The position numbers and the translations under genes are program-made. Shown here piece by piece: positions 32,901-41,884 of a DNA stretch of 64,000 nucleotides (within the stretch, counting starts at the first letter, position 1; each line of letters opens with the position of its first letter). Source of the DNA: an uncultured bacterium. GTDB lineage: Bacteria > Chloroflexota > UBA5177 > JANWHV01. Location: NCBI GenBank assembly GCA_963827235.1, contig CAWHAE010000019.1, forward strand, positions 176,234-240,233. The letters are read 5' to 3'. The notes beneath the pieces are model-generated. The model was not told the DNA's origin. It saw only the letters and a list, made by a program, of their open reading frames with translations, and did not search any database.

Positions 32901-34917
32901 GCTCGGGCCCCTGGCGGCGCTGCCCGATCCGGGACTGCGCATCGCGGCGCTGGCAGTGTCCATCGCCCTCTACGTGGCGAGCGCCGTGAAGTCGCATCGC
33001 CACGAATGGCTCTGGTTGGCAGCGACGTTGGGTCCCGTTCTCCTGTTGGATTGCCTCCTCCGCACCGGTGACCCGGCTCACTCCTCCGGTGTCGCCTTGC
33101 TTGCACTGAGCTTGTGCTACGGCGCGATCGGCATGATCGTGCGGCGTCGCTGGTTCCACGGCACAGCCACGACTCCGCGCGCGGCATCCGATCGCTTCGC
33201 TTTGCCGTTCTTCGCGGTTGGGCAGGCTCTGTGCTTGATCGGACTCGCTCTCGCGGTGATGGTGCTGAGTGCGGATCTGGCTGTGCTCGGTTTTGCCCTG
33301 GCGGCCGTCCAGTACGGATGTGCGGCGGCCATCTCGCGCCGCCGCGTGTTCGCCACGCCGCTCGCCCTGACTTTCGCGGCGGCGTACTGGAGCGGAATGC
33401 TGGTCTGCGGACTGCCGATCGACGCGTACGGCCCTGCCCTTCTGCCTGCACTTGCCGCCTTCCTGATCGTTGCGGAGCTCTTCCGCCTTACCGTCGGCGC
33501 CGCGGACGTCGTGGCAGAGCGCAGACGGCGACCGTACGCCCTCACCTGGGCCCTGCCCTTCGAGGTCTGCGCCCATTTTTCTGCCGTGTCCGCTTTCGTG
33601 CTGAGCGCACAAGGCAGCAGCCAGGCGACTGCCTGGTGGGGAATCGCGGCCGTGTACTGCGCGTTGGCGGTGTCCCGCCGGCAGCCCGGATGGCTCTATG
33701 CCGGCGCCGGCTCGGCGCTCGCTGCCTATGCAGGCACGGGAATGCTGCTGGCTCCCGGTCTCACGCTGCCCGTTCGACTGCTCAGTTTCGTTCCCGCGGT
33801 CTACGCTCTCGGCGGTCTCGCAGAGGCCATCGGATGGCGGACGAGCCGCGAGCACGGATCGGAGCCCTGGTATCTGCGCCGGCAAGAGTCCGCCTCCGTT
33901 GCCTGGGCTTTGCCAGTGCTCGCATGGGGTGCCGTGGCAGCGACGGCGTCCCTGGTGCTCAGCGCGGGCGACGCCCTGCTCCAGTGCTCCGCGTCCGACC
34001 TCTACGTGGCAGTGGCCTATTTCTGGCTGGCGGCAGTCCTCTCGCTCACCTGGCATAGCCGGGCGCTGGTGTGGGCGGCGATCGTTAGCTGCGCCCTGGG
34101 CTTCGAGGAGGCGCTGGCACTCGCGGGCGTCGCCTGGATCAACCAGCCGGCGTGCTGGGCCGGCGCCGCGCTGTCAGGCACCCTCGCGGGCACCCTGTGC
34201 AATCGGTCGGACGCGAAGGCGGCTAAGCTCTGGGGAGGTCCACTCCTGGTGGTCTCGTACGCCGCCAGCCTGCCGGCACTCGTGGTCGCCGTCGCCAATC
34301 TCAGTATTGGGCAGCAGGCTTTGCCGCCGCTGGCGGTGACTCTCGCCCTCGCCGGTTCGTACTTCCTCGCGCATGGCCTGGCGGAGCGCCGGCACCTGCC
34401 GTGCTATGCCGGTATCGGCCTCCTCGACGGCGCCTATGCATGCGAGCTCCTCTACAGAGATGTGGCGCAGCCGCAAGCGTTCTCGCTGGTGCTCGGCCTC
34501 TCGCTGCTGCTGGCGGCGTACCTGGAGTGGCGCCGCGGCGCGACCACGTCAAAGGCGCTCCTGGAGCTGGCAGCGATCGGTGCCGTACTGGGCACCACTC
34601 TTGTGCAGGGTTGCGGCGGTCTCGGTGCAGGCGACGACCGGTTCAGCTATGACACGTTTTTGCTGCTCGAAAGCGTCGTAGTGTTCGGACTGGCTTCGGC
34701 CCTGCGCTGGAAGCGACTCTTCTTCGCCGCCTGCGGCGCTCTGGTTGCCGATACCGGCATCCTGCTGGTCGACCCACTTCGGTCGATGCCCGCGTGGTAT
34801 CTGATGGCCGCCATCGGCTTTGCCATGATCGGCCTCGTGGTCTTCCTCGAGCAGCGAAGGCAGCAGATTCCGCTCTGGATCGACGAGGTCCGCCTGCACC
34901 TGGACACGTGGGGGTGA
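29941..34917 (+). CDS. Very large polytopic membrane protein with N-terminal zinc ribbon (SCO7613-like architecture)
   Basis: 1658 aa; CPRC/CPSC, Pro-rich linker, then dozens of hydrophobic helices; ends FLEQRRQQIPLW. Confidence 0.75.
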   Translation: MQCPRCAYVSQSRNISCPSCHGTFARTDLEELDHLTFTRDRLDRWTMDGTLAAQVGARLVALTDAERNRLLAHIDLQAAPKVPRSGQVAAGPAPAARVQCEDTVIAAKAADRCAAPALAGPGSSAAASRAGPPAPRHDPSSGGAPLPPPSRSNSARRLSPGLAVPALAPARKQVPSFTWKQVGTYLLSERTLNALLGMGAFLILAAAVVISTVNPTGLGPLTHLAAMLGTTAVFYAAGVAVQHRLGLPRTGAALLAIGAAFIPLDACTFGRDILALEPRSIWVVASLLCLPIYLTSHLTLYDRASAVLTSVAGGSLVMSLAYPLGVDPIWGGCALVGLAGIYLVVAQRIRHSRKNLYWSLFWGAQLATPICMAGLLALRFAPGVLGAFPPRAFLNAVGALPGASLDYAVGTTWWLGAAYYALAAHLMARRSCALAAAWIIPCAVLFTLTKSPLGAEWYGVALAALAALYMLFGRHVQDALNGAARPSLLQLIGRPAYQVGLTLALLAAMWPPAISQARLTSTGESIALWMLVGLSAWSALTFRHALFRYAAAYLILAALASAPAGQVPSVPGQPGLGLAALAACYLLFGRLTGGRHLRGDRRAAYAGLARDPFFQVAALLTAVAALRPALIPHTTFVAPAELLALAAVALVYGAAAFLLDQRAWAYICIALVPGICGTAMAWQGVGGDTALLGWAVLATVLCTGGEVAAWRTGEGRRPLARTLMGIGSWRSRFGSPLFAGGYLVSGLAASMGLSQRADLSAMPGRGVAGLCLVCALYVISSAARRSSVFLYPATWLLLLPLTAVVSHAYAQRGMDFSAAQDGRLLAILGIGYLALAFPVDRAGGHYAKPLYLAAYALATLGVAFAIPDRSLLVQSLGISLLGLIWSAGLVHAGHHPSHAWAMVQFVGDGSATALEAAEMLFQYLAIWLLPVWLVLLQSLRQPLPGVADYGLVLAALAPTYAALGLLFRRIHAAYRLPWYLAACVLSALGPLAALPDPGLRIAALAVSIALYVASAVKSHRHEWLWLAATLGPVLLLDCLLRTGDPAHSSGVALLALSLCYGAIGMIVRRRWFHGTATTPRAASDRFALPFFAVGQALCLIGLALAVMVLSADLAVLGFALAAVQYGCAAAISRRRVFATPLALTFAAAYWSGMLVCGLPIDAYGPALLPALAAFLIVAELFRLTVGAADVVAERRRRPYALTWALPFEVCAHFSAVSAFVLSAQGSSQATAWWGIAAVYCALAVSRRQPGWLYAGAGSALAAYAGTGMLLAPGLTLPVRLLSFVPAVYALGGLAEAIGWRTSREHGSEPWYLRRQESASVAWALPVLAWGAVAATASLVLSAGDALLQCSASDLYVAVAYFWLAAVLSLTWHSRALVWAAIVSCALGFEEALALAGVAWINQPACWAGAALSGTLAGTLCNRSDAKAAKLWGGPLLVVSYAASLPALVVAVANLSIGQQALPPLAVTLALAGSYFLAHGLAERRHLPCYAGIGLLDGAYACELLYRDVAQPQAFSLVLGLSLLLAAYLEWRRGATTSKALLELAAIGAVLGTTLVQGCGGLGAGDDRFSYDTFLLLESVVVFGLASALRWKRLFFAACGALVADTGILLVDPLRSMPAWYLMAAIGFAMIGLVVFLEQRRQQIPLWIDEVRLHLDTWG

Positions 34918-34963
34918 TCGGCGCGGTAAGCGGCGCGGAAGCTCGCGCAGGCAGGCGGCCCGG

Positions 34964-36523
34964 TCAGCTCTCCGGGCCGCCTGCCTGCCTCGACATGGGC
35001 GCCGATCCCCCGGCGGCAGCCTCGCGCTCGCTAAGCGCCGCGGCAATGGTGTCCGATGCCCTGCGCTGCCAGCGGTAGAACGTGGCCTCGTCTTGCTGCA
35101 ATAGCCAGTCGACGACTCGTTCCTCGTCTGCCTTCGGCGTCCCTTCCCTGGAGCGCCGTTCCTGGAGCCGGCGCTGCACGGCAGGTAGACGCCGCCGGCC
35201 GATACCCAGCACATAGGGGTAATAGAGGCAGTTGTAATACCGGTAGGCATCGCCGGTCACGCCGCCCGCGCGTCCCACCGGCCGCAGGCCGTCCAGGAGA
35301 TCGATGAGCATCTCACGCAGCGCCGCCGTTCGATTCAGACGGTTGTCTTCTTGACCGCTTTCTTCGAGGTGCCTGCCCACCGCGCGTAGCTGCAAGAGCG
35401 GTGAGGTCGCCAGCCTGGTGGGGTCGGGCAGGTGGGTAAGGGCGCGCCGAACGGCATCTTCGAATTCCTTGCTCGTGGCCAGGGCAGAACTGATCCCGGT
35501 GGGCTGGGTCGCGAGCGCCTGCTCGTAGGCGCGTGCGGCCGCTCGCGCGTGCCGCACGGGAGGGGTGAAGAACAGCACGTCCAGACGTTCGTGCAGCGAC
35601 TCGTGGAGCGTATAACCGGCGGTGATGGTTGCTACGACCAGCAGAACGGCCAGACACCGTCTCCCATCGCCGAAACCGATAAGCCAGTCCATCACGGCCA
35701 GTCCGGGGATGAGCATGGTGGTAACGGCGGTAAAGCTGTGCAGGCAGTCGAGCCGCAGGTCCTTGCCCAGCAGCAGGGCGCTGCGCAGAGCTATGGTCAC
35801 GCTTACGATGCCCAGACCGATCACCAGCGCCAGCAGACCGGGCCACTGATCCCAGTGCGTGTCTGCCAGCTCGTGCACGGTCAGGTAGCCGGCGCCGGCT
35901 AGGAAGCAGATGGCGGCGATCGCCAGCAGGCGTATCTCGCTCGATCGCTCGGGCGCTGCGCCGATCTCGGCTTGATCGCTCTGCACGTCCCGCGGAGTCA
36001 CCGCCTCCATGCGACTGAGATTGAGGCAGGCTAGGCCGAGCGCTACCACCACATAGGTGACGTATAGAGCGAACAGCGGGCCGGAGCCTACCGGACGACT
36101 GGCAGTGGAGTGCGAGTAGTCGCGCTCGAGATCGGTGAACGTGCCGAGCACGGCGAGGATGCCGGCACAGGCAATGTTTACGTATGCGACGGGCGTTCGC
36201 CAGCCGCTGCGCGCGGCGTGCGGGTCGAGCACGAGGCTGAGCTGCAGCCAGAGCGTTGCCGGCACGATCGATGCCCACCAGCTGCAGCGATTGAGCAGCA
36301 CCGCGGGATCTCCCGACAAGCTCTTGAGCCAGCAGTTGAAGAAGAAGAAGCAACACGTAGCTACCGCGGTCGCTCCCGTCAGATAGGCGGTCCGGCCGCG
36401 ATCGCCGCGCGTAACGGCATAGAGGCCAATCCAGAGAAATCCGGCAAAGCCGGCGTAGTCAATCAGGTAGGTCGCGGTGTCTTCACCCACTGCCACGAAC
36501 CCCTGACCGGATGACAACCGCAC
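34964..36523 (-). CDS. Multi-TM sensor-like protein (HisKA_7TM-like) with a cytoplasmic C-terminal domain; start may be 36496
   Basis: About 9 hydrophobic helices, then VRRALTHL...LATSPLL...LYYPYV...EATFYRWQRRA. Confidence 0.7.
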   Translation of the reverse strand: MRLSSGQGFVAVGEDTATYLIDYAGFAGFLWIGLYAVTRGDRGRTAYLTGATAVATCCFFFFNCWLKSLSGDPAVLLNRCSWWASIVPATLWLQLSLVLDPHAARSGWRTPVAYVNIACAGILAVLGTFTDLERDYSHSTASRPVGSGPLFALYVTYVVVALGLACLNLSRMEAVTPRDVQSDQAEIGAAPERSSEIRLLAIAAICFLAGAGYLTVHELADTHWDQWPGLLALVIGLGIVSVTIALRSALLLGKDLRLDCLHSFTAVTTMLIPGLAVMDWLIGFGDGRRCLAVLLVVATITAGYTLHESLHERLDVLFFTPPVRHARAAARAYEQALATQPTGISSALATSKEFEDAVRRALTHLPDPTRLATSPLLQLRAVGRHLEESGQEDNRLNRTAALREMLIDLLDGLRPVGRAGGVTGDAYRYYNCLYYPYVLGIGRRRLPAVQRRLQERRSREGTPKADEERVVDWLLQQDEATFYRWQRRASDTIAAALSEREAAAGGSAPMSRQAGGPES

Positions 36524-36919
36524 GAGCCGGCCGCCGGAGGCGGCGAGACGACGTCACGCTGCATCCCCGCTACATGCGGCGTCTCCTGCCGTGGCACGGC
36601 ACCGATCGCCGCTCGTTTGCCGCAAGAAAGACCCAAGCGGCATTATAGTCCCGTGGCGGCGCCGTTCCAAGAGCAGAGCAGCACTCGAGGGCTGCTCGAG
36701 GCATGGAAAGGACGGGCGCGGGCAAGGCCGGGGACGCAGGCAGCGTACCTGCCTCGCATCGCACGTCACCATGCCGGTGCGCGCGCCGGCTAGTCAACCC
36801 TGGGCGGCATGGCGCGCAGGCGGCTACCCTGGACCTCGGAGATGGTGGGAGCCGGAGGACGCCGCGGGGTAGATCCATAGGCAACGGCCGGCGGCGCCAT
36901 TGCCTGCAAAGGAGTACAG

Positions 36920-38209
36920 GTGAGTTCGAGCGCAAGAGCCGACATCAGCCTTGGCGAGGCACGCGCCCTGGCGGTGGCCGCGCAGTGCCTCGCCGCCGTA
37001 CCGGTTGCTCCGGTCGACAGCATGGCTGTACTGCGCACGATCGACCGTCTCGGCGTGCTGCAGGTCGACACCATTAGCGTGGTCGAGCGTTCGCAGTATC
37101 TCGTGCTCTGGAGCAGGCTCGGCAGCTACGATCCGGGCTTGCTCGACTCTCTGCTCTTTCCGCGGCGGCTGGTGTTTGAGTGCATGGCACCGGTCGCCCT
37201 GATCGCTCCCATGGCAAACTACCGCTTCTACCAGCCCGGCATGCTGGCCGCCGCGGAGGAGGGCCGGCGGCGATCGCGGGAGTGGCTGGCAGAGCACCCG
37301 GACGCTCTCCTGGCGACGCTCGAAGCCGTGCGCAGCCGCGGTCCCATGGCTTCCGCCGACTTCGAGCGACCGGACGGAGCTACTCGAAGCGCGCCGTGGG
37401 ACTGGCATGGGTCTAAACCGAGCCGGCGGGCACTCGAGATGCTGTACGGTTCAGGTGAGCTCATGGTGCACAGCCGTTGTGGCGGGCAAAAGCTCTACGA
37501 CCTCCGTGAGCGCGTGCTGGCGGAGGCCTTCGGCGATGAGGCGCCGCGCGACGACGATTTGCCGGGCGCCGCCGAGCGCGTCGCATTCTTCGCCGCCCAT
37601 GCCGCCGAGGCGCTGGGCATCGTGATTCCGGCCTGGTTGTGGGAGTACCACGCCCTGCGACCGGCGCGCGGCTCGGGTAAGAATCACCGTGACTCCGCCT
37701 TGGCTGCCCTGGAGGACTTGGTCGACGCCGGCAGGATGATCAGGGTCTCCGTAGATGGCCTCGAGGGGCCGGCCTACATGGCGTCGTCGCTGCGCGATTC
37801 GCTCAGCCGGCGGCATCGAAAGCGGGCTCCGGCGCGCACGACCTTGCTTTCGCCCTTTGACAGCCTGATCTGGGATCGTGCGCGGACCCGAGCCCTGTTC
37901 GGCTTCGACGTCTGCTTCGAAGCCTACGTCCCGCCTGCCAGGCGCAGGTTCGGCTACTACTGCCTTCCGATCCTCCATGGGAACAGGCTGGTCGGCCGAC
38001 TGGACCCCAAGATGGATCGAGCCTCTCGCCGTCTTCTGGTGCGGGCGGCCTACCTCGAGCCGGACGCGCGTATCGACGAGGCCCTGCTCGACGGGGTCGC
38101 AGCGGCCCTGCTTGACCTGGCGCGTTTCCTGGGCGGCAGCGGAGTGCACCTGGGCGATCGTGGCAGCGCCGAGTTGATAGAAGGGCTTGCAACGCGCCTG
38201 CGAGACTGA
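36920..38209 (+). CDS. YcaQ/AlkZ-family (HTH_42) DNA glycosylase for interstrand crosslink repair
   Basis: LQVDTISVVERSQYLVLWSR (QxD motif), LLSPFDSLIWDR, GYYCLPIL; RBS AAGGAG. Confidence 0.88.
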   Translation: MSSSARADISLGEARALAVAAQCLAAVPVAPVDSMAVLRTIDRLGVLQVDTISVVERSQYLVLWSRLGSYDPGLLDSLLFPRRLVFECMAPVALIAPMANYRFYQPGMLAAAEEGRRRSREWLAEHPDALLATLEAVRSRGPMASADFERPDGATRSAPWDWHGSKPSRRALEMLYGSGELMVHSRCGGQKLYDLRERVLAEAFGDEAPRDDDLPGAAERVAFFAAHAAEALGIVIPAWLWEYHALRPARGSGKNHRDSALAALEDLVDAGRMIRVSVDGLEGPAYMASSLRDSLSRRHRKRAPARTTLLSPFDSLIWDRARTRALFGFDVCFEAYVPPARRRFGYYCLPILHGNRLVGRLDPKMDRASRRLLVRAAYLEPDARIDEALLDGVAAALLDLARFLGGSGVHLGDRGSAELIEGLATRLRD

Positions 38210-38250
38210 CCCTCCCCGCCGGTGCCTGTTTCACCGACTCTTGAGTATAG
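38210..38250 (+). repeat. Dispersed repeat family, locus E (3'-end remnant)
   Basis: GTGCCTGTTTCACCGACTCTTGAGTATAG aligns with 1700-1728 and matches the end of 50715-50854 at 18/27 positions. Confidence 0.55.
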
Positions 38251-38510
38251 GGCCTCGGCATCAGCGCTGCCGGCTCTCTGAATCTGGTTAAGTACCGGCA
38301 CCGTAGGTGATAAGTGGGGGCGCTCCCCGGCCGGCTCGCCCAGCCGGCGCCGTCGTATGGAGAGAGGGGGTTGCTCAAACGACTGGTAGAACGCGGCGAC
38401 ATCACGGTCTGGGGCCGGCGTCGTCGCCGGTCTACGTTGCCTTGCCTGCTCTCGGCGCGCCTCTCGTTGCGCGCCGAGGCGATCGAACCACGAATCAACG
38501 GAGGTACAGA

Positions 38511-39014
38511 ATGACACTTGCGCCTCGCTGCGCGGCTACTGTCGGCGCGCTCGCCTTGGCCTTATCCGTCTATGGCGTTTCGGCGGCTGCGCCGGCCACT
38601 ACCACCTTTCCCCTGCGCGGCACGCGGATGGCGAGCATGGCGCATGGGTTGGCGCAGATCACGCAGACGGCGCCGGGCGACTACATGGTGACCGTCACGG
38701 TCGACAAGTTGCCCGCCCCGGCCACCTTGAAGACGACCCCCATCCGCCATGCCTACGTCGCCTGGGCGCTGGTCATGTCGAGCCAGCCGCGCTCAACCAG
38801 CAGCCAGAAGCGGCCGGCCGGCGCCCGACCACAGCTCGGCCCCCTGACGCCCATACGGCTTCATGCCACCACGGCAGGTACCTACACGGGCAGCGGCGTG
38901 GTTATGATGAAGAGCGAGCCGTCCATCTTGATCACTGCTGAGGTGAGCGAGACGGTCGACAAGCCTGCCACGCCGTTGTGGGGCGTCTTGATTGGACGTC
39001 CGGGCAGTATGTAA
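38511..39014 (+). CDS. Hypothetical secreted protein
   Basis: RBS GGAGG, ATG 38511, signal peptide-like N-terminus, beta-rich body. Confidence 0.65.
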   Translation: MTLAPRCAATVGALALALSVYGVSAAAPATTTFPLRGTRMASMAHGLAQITQTAPGDYMVTVTVDKLPAPATLKTTPIRHAYVAWALVMSSQPRSTSSQKRPAGARPQLGPLTPIRLHATTAGTYTGSGVVMMKSEPSILITAEVSETVDKPATPLWGVLIGRPGSM

Positions 39015-39071
39015 GAAGCGCTCTCCTCCCGGAGTTCGTGTTCGCAGCGCCCTGGGGATCGCGGCGACCAC

Positions 39072-39110
39072 CCGTGCCTCGAGCTCAGGCTCGAGGCACG
39101 GCTGTTTCTT
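39072..39110 (+). terminator. Intrinsic terminator-like hairpin
   Basis: Perfect 13-bp stem CCGTGCCTCGAGC/GCTCGAGGCACGG, 4-nt loop, followed by CTGTTTCTT. Confidence 0.65.
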
Positions 39111-39208
39111 CCACGCCAGGTGCGTGCTGGTCATAGCTGCTCACGAAAGTCTCCCTCGACACTGACGAAATCCCCTTCGATCAGTAATCAGACTTGGCCA
39201 TTCCCATG

Positions 39209-39217
39209 TGGTATGAT
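39209..39217 (+). promoter_or_regulatory. Extended -10 promoter of the metG leader
   Basis: TGgTATGAT ending 7 nt before ATG 39225. Confidence 0.65.
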
Positions 39218-39224
39218 CGTAGCC

Positions 39225-39320
39225 ATGCAGACGAGCCTGATCTCCACGACCGCCGCCGGAGCGCTGAGCATGCCTATGTCCATGCGCCGGCCTCGTCTGT
39301 GCGCGCGAGGCGGGCCGTAG
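39225..39320 (+). CDS. Putative Met-rich leader peptide of metG (31 aa, leaderless)
   Basis: MQTSLISTTAAGALSMPMSMRRPRLCARGGP; Met codons at 39270, 39276, 39282; tandem TAG TAG stop. Confidence 0.65.
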   Translation: MQTSLISTTAAGALSMPMSMRRPRLCARGGP

Positions 39321-39348
39321 TAGCCCGCCCGGCCGGTACCCAGAGCAG

Positions 39349-39387
39349 ACGAGGCGCCTTGAGTGATCGAGGCGCCTCGTGTTTTTT
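39349..39387 (+). terminator. Attenuator terminator upstream of metG
   Basis: 14-bp stem ACGAGGCGCCTTGA/TCGAGGCGCCTCGT (one G-U), GUGA tetraloop, T6 at 39382-39387. Confidence 0.88.
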
Positions 39388-39398
39388 GTGGAGGACCA

Positions 39399-41159
39399 GT
39401 GAGCGAGCATGTCGGCGTCTTCGTAGCCTGGCCGTACGCGAACGGTGACATCCATCTCGGGCACGTAGCCGGCGCCTATCTGCCGGCTGACATCTTCGCT
39501 CGCTATCATCGGCTGCGCGGAGACCACGTGCTGATGGTCAGCGGAAGTGACGCTCATGGAACGCCGGTCAGTCTACAGGCCGAGGCCGAAGGTGTCTCGC
39601 CGCGCGTCTACTTTGAGCGCTTCCACCACCGGTTCCTGGACGACTTGCTTCACCTGGGTGCCGGCTTCGACCTCTTCACACACACGAACACCGATCTGCA
39701 TGCCGCCGTGGCGCAGGACATTTTCCGCGCGTTGCATGAACGGGGCCTGATCCGGCCGGGCACGACGACCCAGCTCTATTGCGAGAAACACCGTCGGTTC
39801 CTCCCCGATCGATACGTGGAAGGGAGCTGCCCGCTCTGCGGTGAATCTGGGGCACGGGGCGATCAATGCGATGCCTGCGGGCACACACTCGACGCAGCGA
39901 ATCTCGTCGAGCCCCGCTGCAGGCTGTGTGGATGTTCCCCGATATCGCGTGAGAGCACGCACCTGTTCCTCGACCTCCCGGTCTTCCAGGACGGCATCGC
40001 CGCCTACATCGAACGGCAGGCGCATTGGCGCCCTAACGTGCTCAACTTCGCGCGCAACTACGTCGGCGGCGGGCTGCGGCCGCGCGCCGTCTCACGCGAT
40101 CTCGACTGGGGCATTCCGATCCCGGTGCCCGGCTATGAGGGAAAGGTGATGTACGTCTGGTTCGAGGCAGTTATTGGCTATCTCTCAGCCAGCATGGAGT
40201 GGGCGCGGACTCGGGGCGAGGCGGCCGAGTGGCAGGCGTGGTGGCGTAGCCCGGATGCGCGCGGTTACTACTTCATCGGCAAGGACAACATCCCCTTCCA
40301 TGCCGTAATCTGGCCTGCCGAGCTCATGGGCTGGGACTCGAGCCTGGCGCTGCCCTACGACATCCCGGCCAACGAGTTCCTCACCCTGGAGGGCAGACGG
40401 CTCAGCACCAGCCGCCGGTGGGCCGTCTGGCTGTCCGACTATTTGCAGCGCTATGGGCCGGACCCTCTTCGCTACTATCTGACCGGCATTGCGCCGGAGA
40501 GCGGAGACAGCGAGTTCACCTGGCAGGGCTTTCTCGATCACAACAACAACGAGCTGCTGGCTACGTGGGGCAACCTGGTCCAGCGCGTGATTAGCTTCGC
40601 GCACAGCCGCTGGGAAGGGCGAGTGCCGGTTCCAGGCGCGCTGGACCGGCGAGACGACGCGATGCTCGCTGAGATCGAGCAGGGATTTGCCACGGTCGGC
40701 GACCTCTATGCTCGCGTCAGGCCGGCCGCCGCGCTTCGAGAGGCCATGGCCCTGGCGCGCGCCGTGAATCGGTACTTGGACGACAAGGCACCGTGGTTCC
40801 AGATTAGGCAGGATCGGGCGGCGGCTGCCACCACGGTCTTCGTGGCACTGATGGCCATCGACTCTCTGAGCATTCTTCTGGCGCCCGTGCTGCCGTTCAC
40901 GAGCGAGCAGACACGCCGGTACCTGGGCTACGATCGGCCGTTGTTCGGCAGCCTGCGGGTCGAACAGAGCGAGGAAACAACGCAGCCCCACGCGGTGCTT
41001 CGTTACCTGCCTCACCCGGAAGAGGGGGTAATAGACCGCTGGCAGCCGAGCGCGTTGCCTGCCGGCCGTCCGCTCGAGCGGCCGATGGTGCTTTTCGAGA
41101 GGCTCGACCAGTGCATCGTTACCGAGGAGCGCGCTCGGCTCCGCGCGTGGTCTGGATGA
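39399..41159 (+). CDS. metG: Methionine--tRNA ligase (two Zn knuckles, no C-terminal tRNA-binding appendix)
   Basis: AWPYANGDIHLGH, GSDAHG, YVWFEA, IGKDNIPFH, RLSTS; GGAGG before GTG 39399. Confidence 0.96.
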   Translation: MSEHVGVFVAWPYANGDIHLGHVAGAYLPADIFARYHRLRGDHVLMVSGSDAHGTPVSLQAEAEGVSPRVYFERFHHRFLDDLLHLGAGFDLFTHTNTDLHAAVAQDIFRALHERGLIRPGTTTQLYCEKHRRFLPDRYVEGSCPLCGESGARGDQCDACGHTLDAANLVEPRCRLCGCSPISRESTHLFLDLPVFQDGIAAYIERQAHWRPNVLNFARNYVGGGLRPRAVSRDLDWGIPIPVPGYEGKVMYVWFEAVIGYLSASMEWARTRGEAAEWQAWWRSPDARGYYFIGKDNIPFHAVIWPAELMGWDSSLALPYDIPANEFLTLEGRRLSTSRRWAVWLSDYLQRYGPDPLRYYLTGIAPESGDSEFTWQGFLDHNNNELLATWGNLVQRVISFAHSRWEGRVPVPGALDRRDDAMLAEIEQGFATVGDLYARVRPAAALREAMALARAVNRYLDDKAPWFQIRQDRAAAATTVFVALMAIDSLSILLAPVLPFTSEQTRRYLGYDRPLFGSLRVEQSEETTQPHAVLRYLPHPEEGVIDRWQPSALPAGRPLERPMVLFERLDQCIVTEERARLRAWSG

Positions 41160-41219
41160 TGATCGGACCCCGCCCCTGCCCACGCCGCCGGTGACGCCGA
41201 TGCCACGCTGCACGACAAG

Positions 41220-41486
41220 GTGCTGGCCCGAAACGGTTACTCTTGGCGCTCGACCGATAGGGACAGCGACGGAGGAGCTCACTGGACGCTGGCGGCGGGC
41301 GGTATTGCGGTCCCTCCCGCTCCGGGCGCCTTTCCCAGCGACGTGAGCGGCAGTTACTTCTACTCTCCCGCCTCCGGCTGGACCAGCGTCGTGATCGGTC
41401 CCGGACCGCAATTGAGCGGTCTCTACCACTCGATTGATGGCGGCCATGCCTGGAAAGCCCGGCATCCGTTGTTTGCCGCAGCCTGA
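41220..41486 (+). pseudogene. Fragment of a BNR/Asp-box repeat protein
   Basis: SDGGAHW and YHSIDGGHAW repeats; no signal peptide or full-length ORF. Confidence 0.45.
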
Positions 41487-41884
41487 TCCACGGTGCGGTG
41501 ACGGCAGTGCCTGTGCATGGTGAACGCCCCGTGCTGTACCCTGTGGAGAAGGCGGCGATTCGCGGCTCGCCGGTCATTCGGTCGTTGGCAGCGCTCGAGT
41601 GCGGGCCGCGGCCGCGCGAGCAGACGAGGGACCCCGCGAGCGGGTACACGGCGGCGAACCGCGGGTCATCAATGGCTACGACCATGACAGTAGTTGCTCA
41701 CCGGCACGATGCCGGCGATCGCGCGTTGCGGAGGGATGCATGCGCCTGCTCGCTCCCAGCCGCGACGACGTAGTGCGCATTCGGATCGCACCACGGCGCG
41801 CCGCGCGCCGGTAAACCGGGCCCGGCTTGGCGAGCGCACATAGATTGGGCACCGGGACGTTCCTGGCGTCCCGTGTGAGGGGAG

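Noticed and set aside
39225-39390. T-box or SAM riboswitch upstream of metG
   Set aside because: No GGTGGNACC T-box motif, stem I signatures or recognisable SAM-I core; the leader-peptide model explains the pairings better.
41618-41629. GAGCAGACGAGG shared with the metG attenuator (39343-39354)
   Set aside because: A 12-mer match is expected by chance in 64 kb of GC-rich DNA.
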